This document shows positions 38,660 to 52,347 of a stretch of DNA of 64,000 nucleotides, one piece after another. The position numbers were made by a program, and so were the translations under genes. Source of the DNA: Octopus sinensis. Its lineage: Eukaryota. Below the pieces are notes generated by a model that was given only the letters and a program-made list of their open reading frames with translations, ran no database searches and was not told the DNA's origin. How positions within the stretch are numbered: position 1 is the first letter of the stretch; every line of letters starts with the position of its first letter. The DNA lies in the NCBI RefSeq assembly GCF_006345805.1, contig NC_042998.1:95542001-95606000 (forward strand), read 5' to 3'.

Positions 38660-39320
38660 TTTTATCCCTTGACTCCTTGCAGCCAGTAGGTTCAAGCTTG
38701 TCAGAGTCTATGTTGCAAGCCTCTATGCTACACAAGATACAAAAGCTGAATTCAAGATTAGATCTGATGGGCAATCAAGGAGACCCTGAACCAGGAACAG
38801 CTGCTGCCGTTTGGTGACTTGAATGCCAAGATGGGTGCCAACTCCAACTTCTGGTCAAGCTGTTTAGGATGGCATGTGATTGGTAGCATTGAAGATAATG
38901 GATGAAATTGCATGAGTTTTATACGCTAAGAATCGTGTTACCAATATTTCCATATAATACCCAAAACTAGGTACTTTGGGAACATCCTCACCCAAACACG
39001 AGCACTTATCAGACCTCGTATAAGACGCTGTAACTTGAGAAATGTGCTTGTGTCTAAATCCTTCTGGAGTGCCAACTGCGACACGGATCACTCACTTGTT
39101 TGCTGCAAGTTTAGATTTCAGCGAAAGAAGATGCTCTATATGAAACTGTAAGGATATCAGTTTGATGTAAGTTTGATACGACTAACAGATTAAGCAACAG
39201 AGTCCATCAGACTGCTGAAAGATACCCTCCTTACAAATTTACCGCGCAGAGATGCACTCTTGGTCTGGGATTCTCTCAGAAACGCCATCCAAGTAACACC
39301 GAAGAAAAGGTGCCTAACAG
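38660..39320 (+). mobile_element. RTE-like LINE AP-endonuclease relic
   Basis: LLPFGDLNAKMG...; SANCDTDHSLVCCKFRF. Confidence 0.65.
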
Positions 39321-41379
39321 ACAAGTAATTTGAAGTAAGTTCAAGCAATCTCACCGTCGACATCATAATAAAGACGGAATGTGTGTGCGTATTTGTATGT
39401 ATGTATGTATGTATGTATGTATTCATGTATGCATGCATGTATGTACATATTATAGTTGTATTTTTAATCAATTAAATATTTCTTATGATTCACTGCATTA
39501 GACCCTCCTTGCAATAAATAACAATACGCTTCCATGCAAAAGGACTCCCTTATTTATGACACCCTTATTTATCCCTTTGTCATTCTTTGGAATTGCGATA
39601 CCTATCAATGTTTATTCACTCAAAATATTCATATTCTTTCAATCATCTAGGCTCTGGGAGGTATTGGTAACACTATACTTCATTGAGAAGGTCTAATAAA
39701 ACAGAAATACGACTGGACTCCTCACGCTCCATACCAAACAATTAAATTCATTCCCTATTACATGTCTCCGTTGAAATTTTTGTTAAATATCAATTTCCGA
39801 GTTGTTCTTACGTTTTTTTGAGATATTTTTTTAGGGATATTTTTTGTTTTGTTTGTACAGGGGGAATTACAATGAATTAAATGAGGCGTTTAGTAACAGA
39901 GCGTCGTAAGTGCCATTCCGGCCATTTTCGAGATTAGTATATCATTTTCTTTATCTCGACATCTAGAATCCGAAAAAGTTGGGAGAAAGAACCACCGAGG
40001 CTTGCAATAAGGTCGAAAATCTGGCTGAAAAAATTGTACCTCGACGCTATTAACACGACGCTCGCTCACCCAAGCCCGGACCAGAGAGTTTAGTAACACC
40101 ATCGTAAGCACACATGCTCAATCAATAACTTTGGTGTGGTGTCTGTATCGTTTTTCGAGGTGTTATGGCTCATTTTCTAATATTCCTTGTTACCAGTGTA
40201 ACGATAATGGGCTATTATCTTACTATCTCGTATTACTTACCTCTTAAAGATACTTACCTTGGTATATTAAAACACAAACAATATCCTGGGGCGAGGTCTT
40301 TGTACGATTTTTCTTGGTATTATGGCTAAAATATGCAATGCGATATACCGTTTCGTGGTACCGGTATATTCTACAAAATGAGAAAGACGCAGTCATTGTT
40401 TCATCTGTCAGATGCATACATAAATAATTTTACATTGGTGGAATGATTATAGGAGGTTTTCACGGTCATTTTATGACTAAAACCAGTTTCCTAACTTCAT
40501 TCCTTGTCGAGATATCGCATTCTGAAAGTTGCGAAACTTTGACTGCGTTTTTCTCGGTTTTCAAGTTGTAGCACTTACGACGGTCTGTCACTAGACGCCT
40601 CAAATACTTTTCTGCTCATTACATTAAGAATTTCAATTTCCACATAACTGCACCTAATGCAATACGTAAACACGCTCAATGAAAACACTGAGCCATTCAA
40701 ATTCTTCTGTGGGCTTACGTTACATTAATCACGTTCGCATTTTTCCATGTATCTACGTAAATAACTAACCATGACCAGGAACGCATCAAGCTGGGCTAAA
40801 CAAGCATTCGCATTTCTTTTTCACACCTCTATCGACTTCCTGTGTTTGAAAGAAGTAAAGAAACAAATCACAAAAATGACTCGCAATTATAATCGCATTT
40901 GTATGTATGTATGTATGTATGTATGTATGTATGTATGTATGTATGTATGTATGTATGTATGTATGTATGTATGTATGTATGTATGTATATGTATATGTAT
41001 ATATGTATGCATATACTCACACATACATACATGCATACACACGCACACACTCACATAAACACACACATATAAACATAAACACACACATATGTACATACAT
41101 TCATACATACATGCGCGCAGATACATTCAAGTCCAAAAATGTGTGTATGTGTGTGTTTCCGCTTCTATTATGTACAATTAAGACCATATTGATATATACC
41201 TTATCAGGTGTGCACATTCATTTATGTACCTTTTATGACCGTTTATGTCTTTTGTATCAATTATTCATAGGCCATAATCTACTATATATAAATCGTAGTA
41301 TGTCTGCGTATAATGACTAACGCTTACATTTCCAAAATTCTCAAACAGATTTTCTCTAAACTTTACACACACATTAATT

Positions 41380-41870
41380 ATGTCCTAAGGATGGTCACGC
41401 ACAGAACCCCCGTGTAAATGGACGTAAATGGACATAGATTTTTTGTATGTAAGGCCTTCGATGCTTTTTTAAATCTTTTTATAAGAGTGAAAGGGTTTTG
41501 TCTATTTATTTACTTCGACTGTCCAGCTGCGCGGTGACTCAGTCGGGAAACAGGGTTTGGAAGCTGTCATTTTGTTTTCATGTAAATAAATGTTCATGTT
41601 AATTTAAAAGATTTATCCAAAAAAATTTATTTAGTTGTTATTTTTAGCACAACACTTGTGATGTGTCCGATAATTTTCTTTGGTGTTTATGTTAATTTAA
41701 AAGATTTTCCAAATTCGTTGAATGTACATATTTTTTTGTACATACTTATGTTCCAAGGATGGCCATGCGCTATAATGGACATAGTTTTTTTGTATGTATG
41801 GTTTTCCACACTTTTTTAATATTTTTATAACAGTGAAAGAATGTTGTCTATTTATTTATTTCGACTTTCC
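41380..41870 (+). repeat. Diverged direct repeat (~41380-41524 and ~41746-41870)
   Basis: aaggatgg.ca.gc...aatggacatag.ttttttgtatgta...gtgaaag...ttgtctatttattta.ttcgact.tcc occurs twice. Confidence 0.6.
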
Positions 41871-42274
41871 ACCAGCGACGGTTATTAAACTAACTAGGAA
41901 TACTGTACACGATGAATATCCAATCCCAAACAATCTTAATCGCCATATTTAAACTGCATTAAACTTTGGCAAGCTTACCTTTACCTATTCTGAGTTACTT
42001 GAAAGGTGTTGTTCCCTTCCTTCTCTTCTATTTGTTGATAGCTTTGTGTAACTACCAATGCATTATTTCACTTTAAGGATGCCTATTTACCCATCCATTA
42101 TGATATTTCAACTGTTGTCCATTGTTTCAAATACGTTTTAGCATTGTTGTTCTAGCCTTTTCTAAACAATCACATGATTCGTCCCAAAGAATCAACCTTT
42201 AAATAAGAATTTTACTTCCACTAGCGAGAGCTATACGTAACTTTCAGAAAGTTCCATTCAATTAAACTTTATGC

Positions 42275-43368
42275 GGCATTATGTCATCCTTTGTTATTTT
42301 ATGAAATCAATATCATATTAACAGTATTGGGTGGTATAGTTTATTATAGTGTATACATGCTACCGAAAATATTCAGACAGGCTGAAATCTGGATTTAGCA
42401 AGACAAAGCACTTTTCGTTTGTTACTAATATATTTTTGTGCGTTTTAACACTATACGCCAACACGAGAAGCTTTCTCGTGACGAATACTGCAGTTTTCTG
42501 AGCAATTTATGCAATAAGTTTATCATATTTTTGAATATATTTATATACGGTTGGTATATTTGTAAACTACTCAGCTGCGATGTCTTTAAAAGAAAATCAA
42601 AAATACGAGAAAATGGATACATAGTATTCATTTCTGTGCAAATCATAGTTTCGAACTAGGAACTGCTAGGCCTTCACATTTTCACTGCGTCACTTCTCAA
42701 CGACTGAGTAAACAGATATATAAGGCATTATTTCTTTATTGTCTGTTCTGCGTTACATTACTTCTATTGCATCATCTATTATGTTATGTACTTGTTTATT
42801 TATTCCTGTGCATTGGTCAGTTTCAAATGTACGCAATTTAGATAATATCTACGGAATGCATCCTGTTGTACTGCTGAGTTACTTTTCTTTCTGAAAGGCG
42901 ACGTTTCATTCAACTGATACCCCTAGAGTCACGTGGCAAATCCCATTCTTAGGTCTTTGTGTTGCAAGCTTTTCGGGATGGTATCTCTTCAATTGTTATT
43001 AACAAATCAGTCTGAAGCGAATCAAATATGCAAGCCAAATTGCGTGGCTTCAACTAGGAAGTGAACATCACAATCATTAACACCAATTAAACAGATTACA
43101 CATTCATAGTTTGTTACAAAAAAAAAGAAGAAAAAAACGAAAAAGAGGAAAATGTCATAAAAAACTACATTGCTCCTACGCTATGCATAAAGTAAAAAAA
43201 AAACTACCAGAAGACCCTCTTCGATCATGAAGGGCCATGGGTTGCACCTAGAGAGTTCCCCTCTAAGGAATAAGTCTGGGCAAAGTTGTTTATGGAAGGC
43301 TGGCAGTTTTCGTGTATGCCAACCTCCCCTCTCCACTGATGTTACCCAAGATACAGCTTGGCGCCAGT
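42275..43368 (+). repeat. Left arm of ~1.1-kb inverted duplication
   Basis: Reverse complement of 46538-47642. One 150-nt sample had 5 mismatches. Confidence 0.95.
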
Positions 43369-44988
43369 GACGTTGTAACTCATTTCTATAGCTAAGTTAA
43401 CTGGAGTAACGTGAAATAGAGTGTCTTGCTCAAGAAGAGCACAACACAGAGCCCGGTCCGGAAATCGAACTCACTACCTCATGATTGTGAGTCCGACGCT
43501 CTAACCACTGAGCCACGAGCCAGATTTAGTGAAAATATATAATTTCAAAAAACAAAACAAAAAAACTATGATATACCATAGCCGAGTATAATCTGATAGC
43601 ATGTACCATGTTTACAATAATAGTTTTTGCTGATCCCGTAGTCGTAAGTAGATGTAGATACTCTGGCATGTCTCTCTCAATCATAAACCAAGTGGAACGC
43701 TTGGAAGGAAAGAGGTCTGAACCAGTAGTATGTTAAAGATCATTTTCAATTGAGTAAGCTGTGATATCTCTATCCTAATGTGTGTGTGTGTGTTGGTGTC
43801 TATGTTTGTCCCCCACCTCCTACCCTACCGCTAAACAACCGGTGTTAGAGTGTTTACGTCACCGTAGCTTAATGGTTCGGTTTGTGTGTCGATATTAGGT
43901 ACTGGCTGGAATCAGGGTGGATCGGAGTGAAGGAATGCTAGTAAAATGGAAGGAGAATTTTCAAGTATATTTCACATTATTTTGTACCTATGTTATTTTA
44001 TAAGGTTGGTTGTAGGCGGAGTGGAGGAGGCCATGGTATATTAGTTGTCACTAATCAATAATGCGGTCCTTGATATCATCATAATTAACCCCTGAAAAAT
44101 ATTGTCTCGAGGCCTAAAACTCTTAGGGCCGGTCGCCCGATTTCTATGATGAATAAGTGGCCGAGATCATAACACTTCTTTGGATGAGGAAGCCACACCG
44201 ATGCAGGGTTATATGTTTAAAGCTGAGTAAAATGAAGTGTTTTGCATAAGAGTACAAAGCAATGCCTGCTTCAGGAACCAAAGGAGAAAGGGAGATATAA
44301 GGAAAGAAATAAGAGGGTTTTAGGTTATCGGCAGAGAAAGATACAGTAAGAAAATCAAGGTTAACACTAGAATAGAAGGCTACTTATTTTTATTTTTATT
44401 TTTATTTTAACTTTTACTTTTATATGGTGAGAAAGAATTTAGGCCACTATCTAGAGGTCAATTAAATTCAATAGCAAAGGGTCAAATATATAGTGAATGT
44501 CAGATTATAACTGGGGGAATAGTATTACATGTTAAATTTAGAATAGAATTGGGAAAATGGGCAATTCTATGATTTAAGTAAGGTTAATTTAGTTGACTAT
44601 AAAGTCAATTAAAAGTTGGCATAGTATATTTTCTATTTATTATTATATTAAAAGATACAGTTAGAAAACCATAGGAAAACCTTCAAATTTCTATTTGAAA
44701 TATTTTAAAGTTCTGATTTTTGAATGAATGCAAGACTAACCTAACTCTAGACGATTATTTAGTAGATTTTAATTTTTTCTATACTTTAAAATCTCGTAAG
44801 TCTCCATAGAACAGAGTTGACAGCCTACTCTATTATTTCTGTAAGGTATTGCCCTTCTTCTAACTATTTCCCATTTTAGGTTATATTTAATATTATCAGT
44901 TTTGAGTTCCTAAATTTTGCTTGATAGTGTAGTGCAACCTGCCTTATGATCTATATAAGATCTTATACAAGAAGTTTTATATATAATT

Positions 44989-45261
44989 ATAACAATAATT
45001 AAGGGTTTAGCAACAAGTTGCTTAACCACATACCGAAAAATTTAGAAATAGCAACCAAAAAGACCGTTATTTCTTTTCGCTACAAAATATGACTCCATTT
45101 CATTGTTTTCCTTCTTTTTTTTGCCTGTGTGAGTTACAGAGAGGGTTGTCTGTGGAGTCATATTTTGTAGCGAAAAGAAATAACGGTCTTTTTGGCTACT
45201 ATTTCTAAATTTTTCGGTATGTGGTTAAGCAACTTGTTGCCAAACCCTTAATTATTGTTAT
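44989..45261. mobile_element. MITE-like element with ~109-bp TIRs
   Basis: 44989-45097 and 45153-45261 are inverted with few mismatches, in TA-rich flanks. Confidence 0.8.
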
Positions 45262-45544
45262 ATATATATATATATATGGGGTGGGGGTAGAGTGTTAGGT
45301 GTGATGTACAGAATTGAATATTGAAAAAAGTCGTCAGAATTTTGGAAAGAACTTTATTATTATTATTATATCTTCCTTTTTCATATTAGCGCTTTCGTTC
45401 GTCTTTCGAACGTGTAAGATGCAATTCTGTGAATATACAGATATCTTGCTTATTTATATGATATAGATGATTTGGGGGATTTTGTATATATGAGAACATT
45501 GTTTTTTTTTTTCGGGTGATGCTTTGAATACAATGGAAGAGGGA

Positions 45545-45735
<191 letters not shown>

Positions 45736-46199
45736 ACAGATAGAGAAATGGATAGGGTAAAAGAGGGAGAGAAGGGCTATTCATTTTCCTATCCACCACT
45801 TTTCATTGTATTAAAATGGTCTTTTTAAGGAATGTCAAATAAATAAATAAATAAAAGTAAAAATTTATTTACTACTTACACCATTGTTTTGAAATGTTTT
45901 TTAGGGATGGTAAGAAAAGAAGGAAAAAAGTAAAAAATAAGAAAAAATAGAGAATAATAAATAATAAATAATAAAAAAGTGTTTTCCTGCCCTTTCTGTT
46001 TTAGTTCTTTCTTTTTATATTCTTTGAGTTATATTTAGAATATATTCCTGTCATACATTTATTTTTTAAATTTTTGTTAAGGTGTAGTTCTGTATGAAAA
46101 TACATTAGTACAATAAAATAACTATATATATCATATCCATACATATATACATATACATACATACATACAAAATGTATTCTTCATTTTCTTTTTCCTCTT

Positions 46200-46470
46200 T
46201 CAAACATTTAATTTCGGAGAGAATCTTTTTATGAAGTGTAGTTCCATTGCCTTTCGTTATTGCGGATCGTCCCATGTACATTTGTAAAAGGGAAAGATTT
46301 TGAACTTTCCGTCTCCGCATATTTCTAGATGCTTACTCAATGGGATCTTTCGCAGTTCTTCTTGCTGGACATGTTACCTGTGAATTCTTGCACGTTGGCA
46401 GAGGGAATCCGTTCATTAACACATACAGTCCTGGAATAACTAACATATTCTACGTCATAAAATTAAACTT
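46200..46470 (-). mobile_element. Penelope-like element GIY-YIG C-terminal relic
   Basis: ..NERI...LRKIPLSKHLEICGDGKFKIFPFYKC...RKAMELHFIKRFSPKLNV*. Confidence 0.7.
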
Positions 46471-46537
46471 GCCTAACCTCCTACAAAGCCCAAGAATGAA
46501 TGCTCTGATTGAAAAAAAAAAACCTTACGAAAGAGAT

Positions 46538-47642
46538 ACTGGCGCCAAGCTGTATCGGCCTTTATCTTGGGTAACGTCAGTGGAGAGGGGAGGTTGGCAT
46601 ACACGAAAACTGCCAGCCTTCCATAAACAACCTTGCCCAGATTTATTCCTTAGAGGGGAACTCTCTAGGTGCAACCCATGGCCCTTCATGATCGAAGAGG
46701 GTCTTCTGGTAGTTTTTTTTTTACTTTATGCATAGCGTAGGAGCAATGTACGTTTTTTATGACATTTTCCTCGTTTTCGTTTTTTTCTTCTTTTTTTTTG
46801 TAACAAACTATGAATGTGTAATCTGTTTAATTGGTGTTAATGATTGTGATGTTCACTTCCTAGTTGAAGCCACGAAATTTGGCTTGCATATTTGATTCGC
46901 TTCAGACTGATTTGTTAATAACAATTGAAGAAATACCATCCCGAAAAGCTTTCAACACAAAGACCTAAGAATGGGATTTGCCACGTGACTCTCGGAGTAT
47001 CAGTTGAATGAAACGTCGCCTTTCAGGAAGAAAAGTAACTCAGCAGTACAACAGGATGCATTCCGTAGATATTATCTAAATTGCGTACATTTGAAACTGA
47101 CCAATGCACAGGAATAAATAAACAAGTACATAACATAATAGATGATGCAATAGAAGTAATGTAACGCAGAACAGACAATAAAGAAATAATGCCTTATATA
47201 TCTGTTTACTCAGTCGTTGAGAAGTGACGCAGTGAAAATGTGAAGGCCTAGAAGTTCCTAGTTCGAAACTATGATTTGCACAGAAATTAATACTATGTAT
47301 CCATTTTCTCGTATTTTTGATTTTCTTTTAAAGACATCGCAGCTGAGTAGTTTACAAATATACCAACCGTATATAAATATATTCAAAATCATAATAAACT
47401 TATTGCATAAATTGCTCAGAAAACTGCAGTATTCGTCACGAGAAAGCTTCTCGTGTTGACGTATAGTGTTAAAAAGCACGAAAGTATATCAGTAGCAAAC
47501 GAAAAGTGCCTTGTCTTGCTAAATCCAGATTTTAGCTTTTCTGAATATTTTCGGTAGCATGTATACACTATAATAAACTATACCACCCAATACTGTTAAT
47601 ATGATATTGATTTCATAAAATAATAGAGGATGACATAACGCC
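46538..47642 (-). repeat. Right arm of ~1.1-kb inverted duplication
   Basis: Matches 42275-43368. The inner end truncates a family C SINE. Confidence 0.95.
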
Positions 47643-47892
47643 TATTTAATTTTAGTTTAGTTGCATCTAGTTGGCTGCGACTACGTTTGGGCAAAAATAT
47701 TGCAATCTAGGTGAAGATCGAACTTATGATCTTCATATTCGTATGTAGCTAATATAAGTATTGAGAAAGAAGCCTTGCCTATAGAAAAGTGAAAGAAAAA
47801 GACACTTTGTTCTTTGTCTGTCTCGCTCTTTTTGTTGCACTTTTCTCTGTTTATTCCTCTTCTAGTCTCTCTTGTAGTTTCTCTTTGTAGTA

Positions 47893-47935
47893 CTAGCAGC
47901 GATACCCGACGTTGCTCGGGATTAAAATGGTCTAG
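47893..47935 (-). mobile_element. Helitron-like 3' terminus
   Basis: The minus strand reads CCCGAGCAACGTCGGG hairpin, then 8 nt, then CTAG|T. Confidence 0.6.
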
Positions 47936-47937
47936 TT

Positions 47938-48004
<67 letters not shown>

Positions 48005-48021
48005 GCACACACACACACACA

Positions 48022-48067
<46 letters not shown>

Positions 48068-48218
48068 TATATATATATATTACAGTTGTGTTGAAACAGG
48101 TGAAACGGGAAAGTGCAGCATTGATGACCAAACATTTGTGGAGTAAATGATGGTCTAATTCGACTAGCGACTTGCAACACGTCAGTTTATACACACACAC
48201 ACCCACACCGACACACAC

Positions 48219-48277
<59 letters not shown>

Positions 48278-48559
48278 GTATGTATATATATATATATGTA
48301 TGTATGTATGTTTATAAAGTAACAAACAAAGGAAGGGAGTTCCTTGAAAGGGTTGTGTAAAATACTAAATTCATTGGTACGTCAGTTGAATACCACAGGA
48401 ATATGGGTATAATGCAAATTATAAACAACAAATTAAATAGAGAGATAATTTATTTATATTATAATATAACAAAATTGCTAATAAATATAATATAATATAA
48501 AATGTTATATTATATTATGTTATATTCATAGTATCTTATGTTGTATATGATATAAATAA

Positions 48560-49200
48560 ATTATTGGATTGTCAGTTGAATCTCTGCTAGGTTCCTGATG
48601 CTATTAGGTGCTATGAGCTGTTGCCCGAAGGAAGAGAGTATGGCTGTTTTAACGTAGTCTTTCTTCGAAAATGTTCAGCTCAAATTTTTCCTCGTTTAGT
48701 TGCTTTTTGTTTTTGACTGCCCATTGAATCACAGCATGTAGATCCGATTGGAGAGTCCGGTCTTCTTTTTCATTGATACTTTTCTGGAGCTTAGAGTTAT
48801 CAGCAAATATTTTAACTTTGCTGTGTTTTATGATGCTGAAGAAGTCGTTAATATAAACTATAAAGAGGAGCGAGCCCAAGACAGTCGCCTGAGGGACACC
48901 ACCTGTTGACTTTTGTGGGCTTGAGTGAACTCCACCAATCACATGTTCTGCTCTGTTTTCCAGGAAATACTCAATCCAGTGAAGAAGTTTTCCACGGATT
49001 CCAACATTTGACAATTTTTACATTAGAAAATTATGGTCAACTCCGTCGAACGCTTTACTAAAGCCAAGCTATGTGACATCAAAGTTTGAACTTGATCCCA
49101 AGGATTTAAGGATATCATCGATGTGGGTTAAGAGCTGTGTTAGACAGTCCCTGCCGCAGCTAGTTTGGATTTAGGAGTTTGTGTCCGCTTTGTGGAAGTT
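48560..49200 (-). mobile_element. CR1/L2-group LINE RT relic
   Basis: GIRGKLLHWIEYFLENR...GVPQATVLGSLLFIVYIND...IFADNSKL...LQSDL...LNEEKF. Confidence 0.8.
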
Positions 49201-49905
49201 TATGTTGTCAAATATATATATATTTCTGTTACCTTTCTGAAGGAAAACATTCCTTCAGAATCAGATCCAAAAGTGCTAAGATGTAGACTGAAACTTGAAT
49301 AAAACCTGTCACTAGTATTTTAAACCCTGTCAGTCAGCAGCTAGTCTTAAACGTCATCTGCGGTCTCATCAACGCTGTGTGATGGGGTGTGGTGCGTGAG
49401 TTGATCGGACAGCTATCATCTATCAAGATGAAGCAATCATAAACACCCCCCACACACACAAACACACACACAGTCACCTACACTCATTAGTGAAAGAAGC
49501 CCGTCGTATGAATTTGTTTGTATGTGTATGTTTTCCTTTGTGTGTGTGTGTGTGTGAATAGGATACATCTTTTTTTTCTAACATGTTATAATAAAAGCAC
49601 TTCTACGATCAACTGTGATCTCTTTTTCTGTTACGGACTTTCCATATTTCCGTATCAGACCCTTGTGTCTGGTTTGGAACAATGTTATGAAATCCATTCA
49701 TTTGGTATGTGACCGAGCGCAAGCGAAATGGTGAAGATCTCGAAATATTCGATAAATGGTTTCAGTAACGTTATTGTTACAGTAACGGAATAATTAGGAA
49801 ATATAATGTATTTTTAATCATCCCTAAAAAAAGTTCAAACATGAACATAATCGTGTTTTGTCTCACACACGCGTATATATGCGTACATATATGTGTGTGT
49901 ATGTG

Positions 49906-49959
<54 letters not shown>

Positions 49960-49976
49960 TATTATCATTATTATTA

Positions 49977-50033
<57 letters not shown>

Positions 50034-50524
50034 TTCGCAATGGTCATTTTGCCAGTTTAGCCAATAAAAACACACGCACTATACATTTGGTGTTACTTTG
50101 CTTCAGTGTTATTTATTTTTTACATTAATCTTAATCTTATTTCGGCCAGAGTTCTTTCGTCACACTCCTGTGACCGCATCAGTGGTCCTTTGTTTTCTTC
50201 TTTCCTCTTTGTGTCTCTCCTTACTAACCGTCAGCCATTTTGTATTTCTATTGTATGTCTTCTTTTGCGTATGCTTATATCTCTATGTGCGTCTATGTTT
50301 ATTTAGTGTGTGTGTGTGGGGATGCCTGTAGCATTTGTATCTTCTGTTTATATACGTTCATGTAATTTGTTTTTGTTTATTCTTATTTTGTTCATGTGTT
50401 TACATCCACTTATTATTATTATCATTACATATGCTTGTATGTATCTATAATCTATAATCGGTAGAACCTATCCTTTTAGTAGAACCCCCTGTACGGATAA
50501 GTACTGTACTGTATGTAGATTTAG

Positions 50525-50810
50525 CCCACAAACAAACTGTAAAGCCAGAAATGTAGTCTATAGTATAAGATGTATAGAGGGACGATGCAGTAACAAGACA
50601 ACGAACGGCAAGAAGCATAGGAGAGCGGGTAAATGAACATTGGAGAGAACTCAAGGAAGGTAAAAGCTCATCGATTCTATATTTGTGCGAGTCGTTTAAG
50701 AGACCATAAGTGCACTCACATAACTGATAGTAGAATAGGTATATTATCCGGATTTTACAGAATTAAGTATCCATCATGGCTCGTGCAAAAAATACAATTG
50801 AGTGTTAGGC
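50525..50810 (+). mobile_element. Penelope-like element GIY-YIG relic
   Basis: NCKARNVVYSIRC.../TARSIGERVNEHWRELKEG, with a frameshift. Confidence 0.55.
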
Positions 50811-50899
50811 AACACACCAGTTATATAAATACGCTTATCAGAGCGTATCTATATAATTGCTAGTCATCGAATATGATTTCTATTTCGATTTCACTTGCC

Positions 50900-51560
50900 T
50901 CAATAGGTCTTCGCAAGCAGAGTTTAGTGTCCAATGAAGGAAAGGTACGCATAAGTGGGCTGGTTGCACCCCTGGCAGAGGCCATGGGTTATGGTCTCAC
51001 TTGGCTTGCCGGGTCATCTCAAGCACAGCATATTTACAAAGGTCTCAGTCACTAGTCATTGCCTCGCTGAGGCCTAATGTTCGAAGGTCGCGCTTCACCA
51101 CCTCATCCCAGGTCTTCCTGGGTCTACCTCTTCTACAGGTTCCCTCATCCGCTAGGGTGTGGCACTTTTTCACACAGCTATCCTGTCCATTCTCGCCACA
51201 TGACCATACCAGTGCAATCGTCTCTCTTGCACACCACAACTGATGCTTCTTAGGTCCTTTTCTCTCAAGGTACTTACACTCTGTCAAGTATGCACACTGA
51301 CATTTCACATCCAGCGGACCATACTGGCTTCATTCCTTGCAAGCTTACGCATGTCCTCAGTAGTCACAGCCCATGTTTCACTGCCATGTAGCATGGTTGT
51401 CCGAACACATGCGTCATACAGTCTACCTTTTACTCTGAGTGAGAGGCCTTTTGTTACCAGCAGAGGTAAGAGCTCTGTGAACTTTGTCCAGGCTATTCTT
51501 ATTCTAGCAGCTACACTTTCAGTCCACCCACCCCCGCTACTGACTTGGTCACCTACGTAA
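50900..51560 (-). mobile_element. RTE-clade LINE 3' relic
   Basis: SVAARIRIAWTKFTELLPLL...KGRLYDACVRTTMLHGSETW...RGRPRKTWDEVV. Confidence 0.85.
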
Positions 51561-51662
51561 CTATATATATATAGCTGAAATTTGCAGAAAAACAAAAGAC
51601 GAAGACAGGTGTATAAGCAACAAGCAGGTGTATTAGTTTGACGCTCGGGAAGGTGAGAAAGT

Positions 51663-51713
51663 CTTTTACGTTTCGAGCCTACGCTTTTCAAGCCTACGCT
51701 TTTCAACAGAAAG
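51663..51713 (-). ncRNA. Minimal type I hammerhead-like motif in a short repeat (~51560-51740)
   Basis: Minus strand: CTTT-CTGTTGA-..AGC GTAG GCT(C)-GAAA-CGT-A-AAAG. Stem I CUUU/AAAG and palindromic ACGU. The stem II hairpin is duplicated (15 bp). Confidence 0.5.
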
Positions 51714-51805
51714 GAACACGAGGAAATAAACAGAGAGAGAGAGAGAGAGATTAAAAAAAAACTTGTGAATTTAACGGTCAATATATATATATACTGGGAT
51801 ATACA

Positions 51806-51852
<47 letters not shown>

Positions 51853-52050
51853 AATATTTTTATATATAATCATAAACCTAAGTCTGTGAGTATCACGAAG
51901 GCTAAAGATGGGAGCAATAATCTCCCTTGCTTATGCTATATGGACACAAACTGTGTCGGTAGACAGCTGGAAAAGATATTTTCCTGGGGTTAAACAGTAG
52001 TAGCATCGCCCTGTGTAGGACTGCCACATTCTGTTGGCAAATACGCTTTA

Positions 52051-52102
<52 letters not shown>

Positions 52103-52315
52103 TCTTGTGTCGTAACTGAGGGAGATTTTGCGTTAGAGATGAAATTCTCTTTTTATCTATTGGGCAAACATCTGAAGCGTGTATATCAAATGCATTTAAA
52201 ATATCATCACTTGCTCTGACTTCATTATATATATAAGCATATTACTCTACCTCCATTATTCGAGTACTATTTTTCTCCACTTTGTTTCATATTTATGTGC
52301 TTATTCTGGTGTACA

Positions 52316-52347
<32 letters not shown>

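Noticed and set aside
42425-42659. 73-aa ORFs in both arms of the inverted repeat as a duplicated GPCR or kinase exon
   Set aside because: No recognisable motif, weak splice sites, and the visible arm-to-arm differences change amino acids.
44280-44940. Very AT- and TpA-rich stretch as a NUMT or hypermutated element
   Set aside because: No mitochondrial gene, tRNA or TE motif could be recognised. Composition alone is insufficient.
44954-44967. 14-bp palindrome TATAAGATCTTATA at the axis of the large inverted repeat
   Set aside because: It is short and AT-rich, and the spacer halves are not otherwise symmetric. Likely chance.
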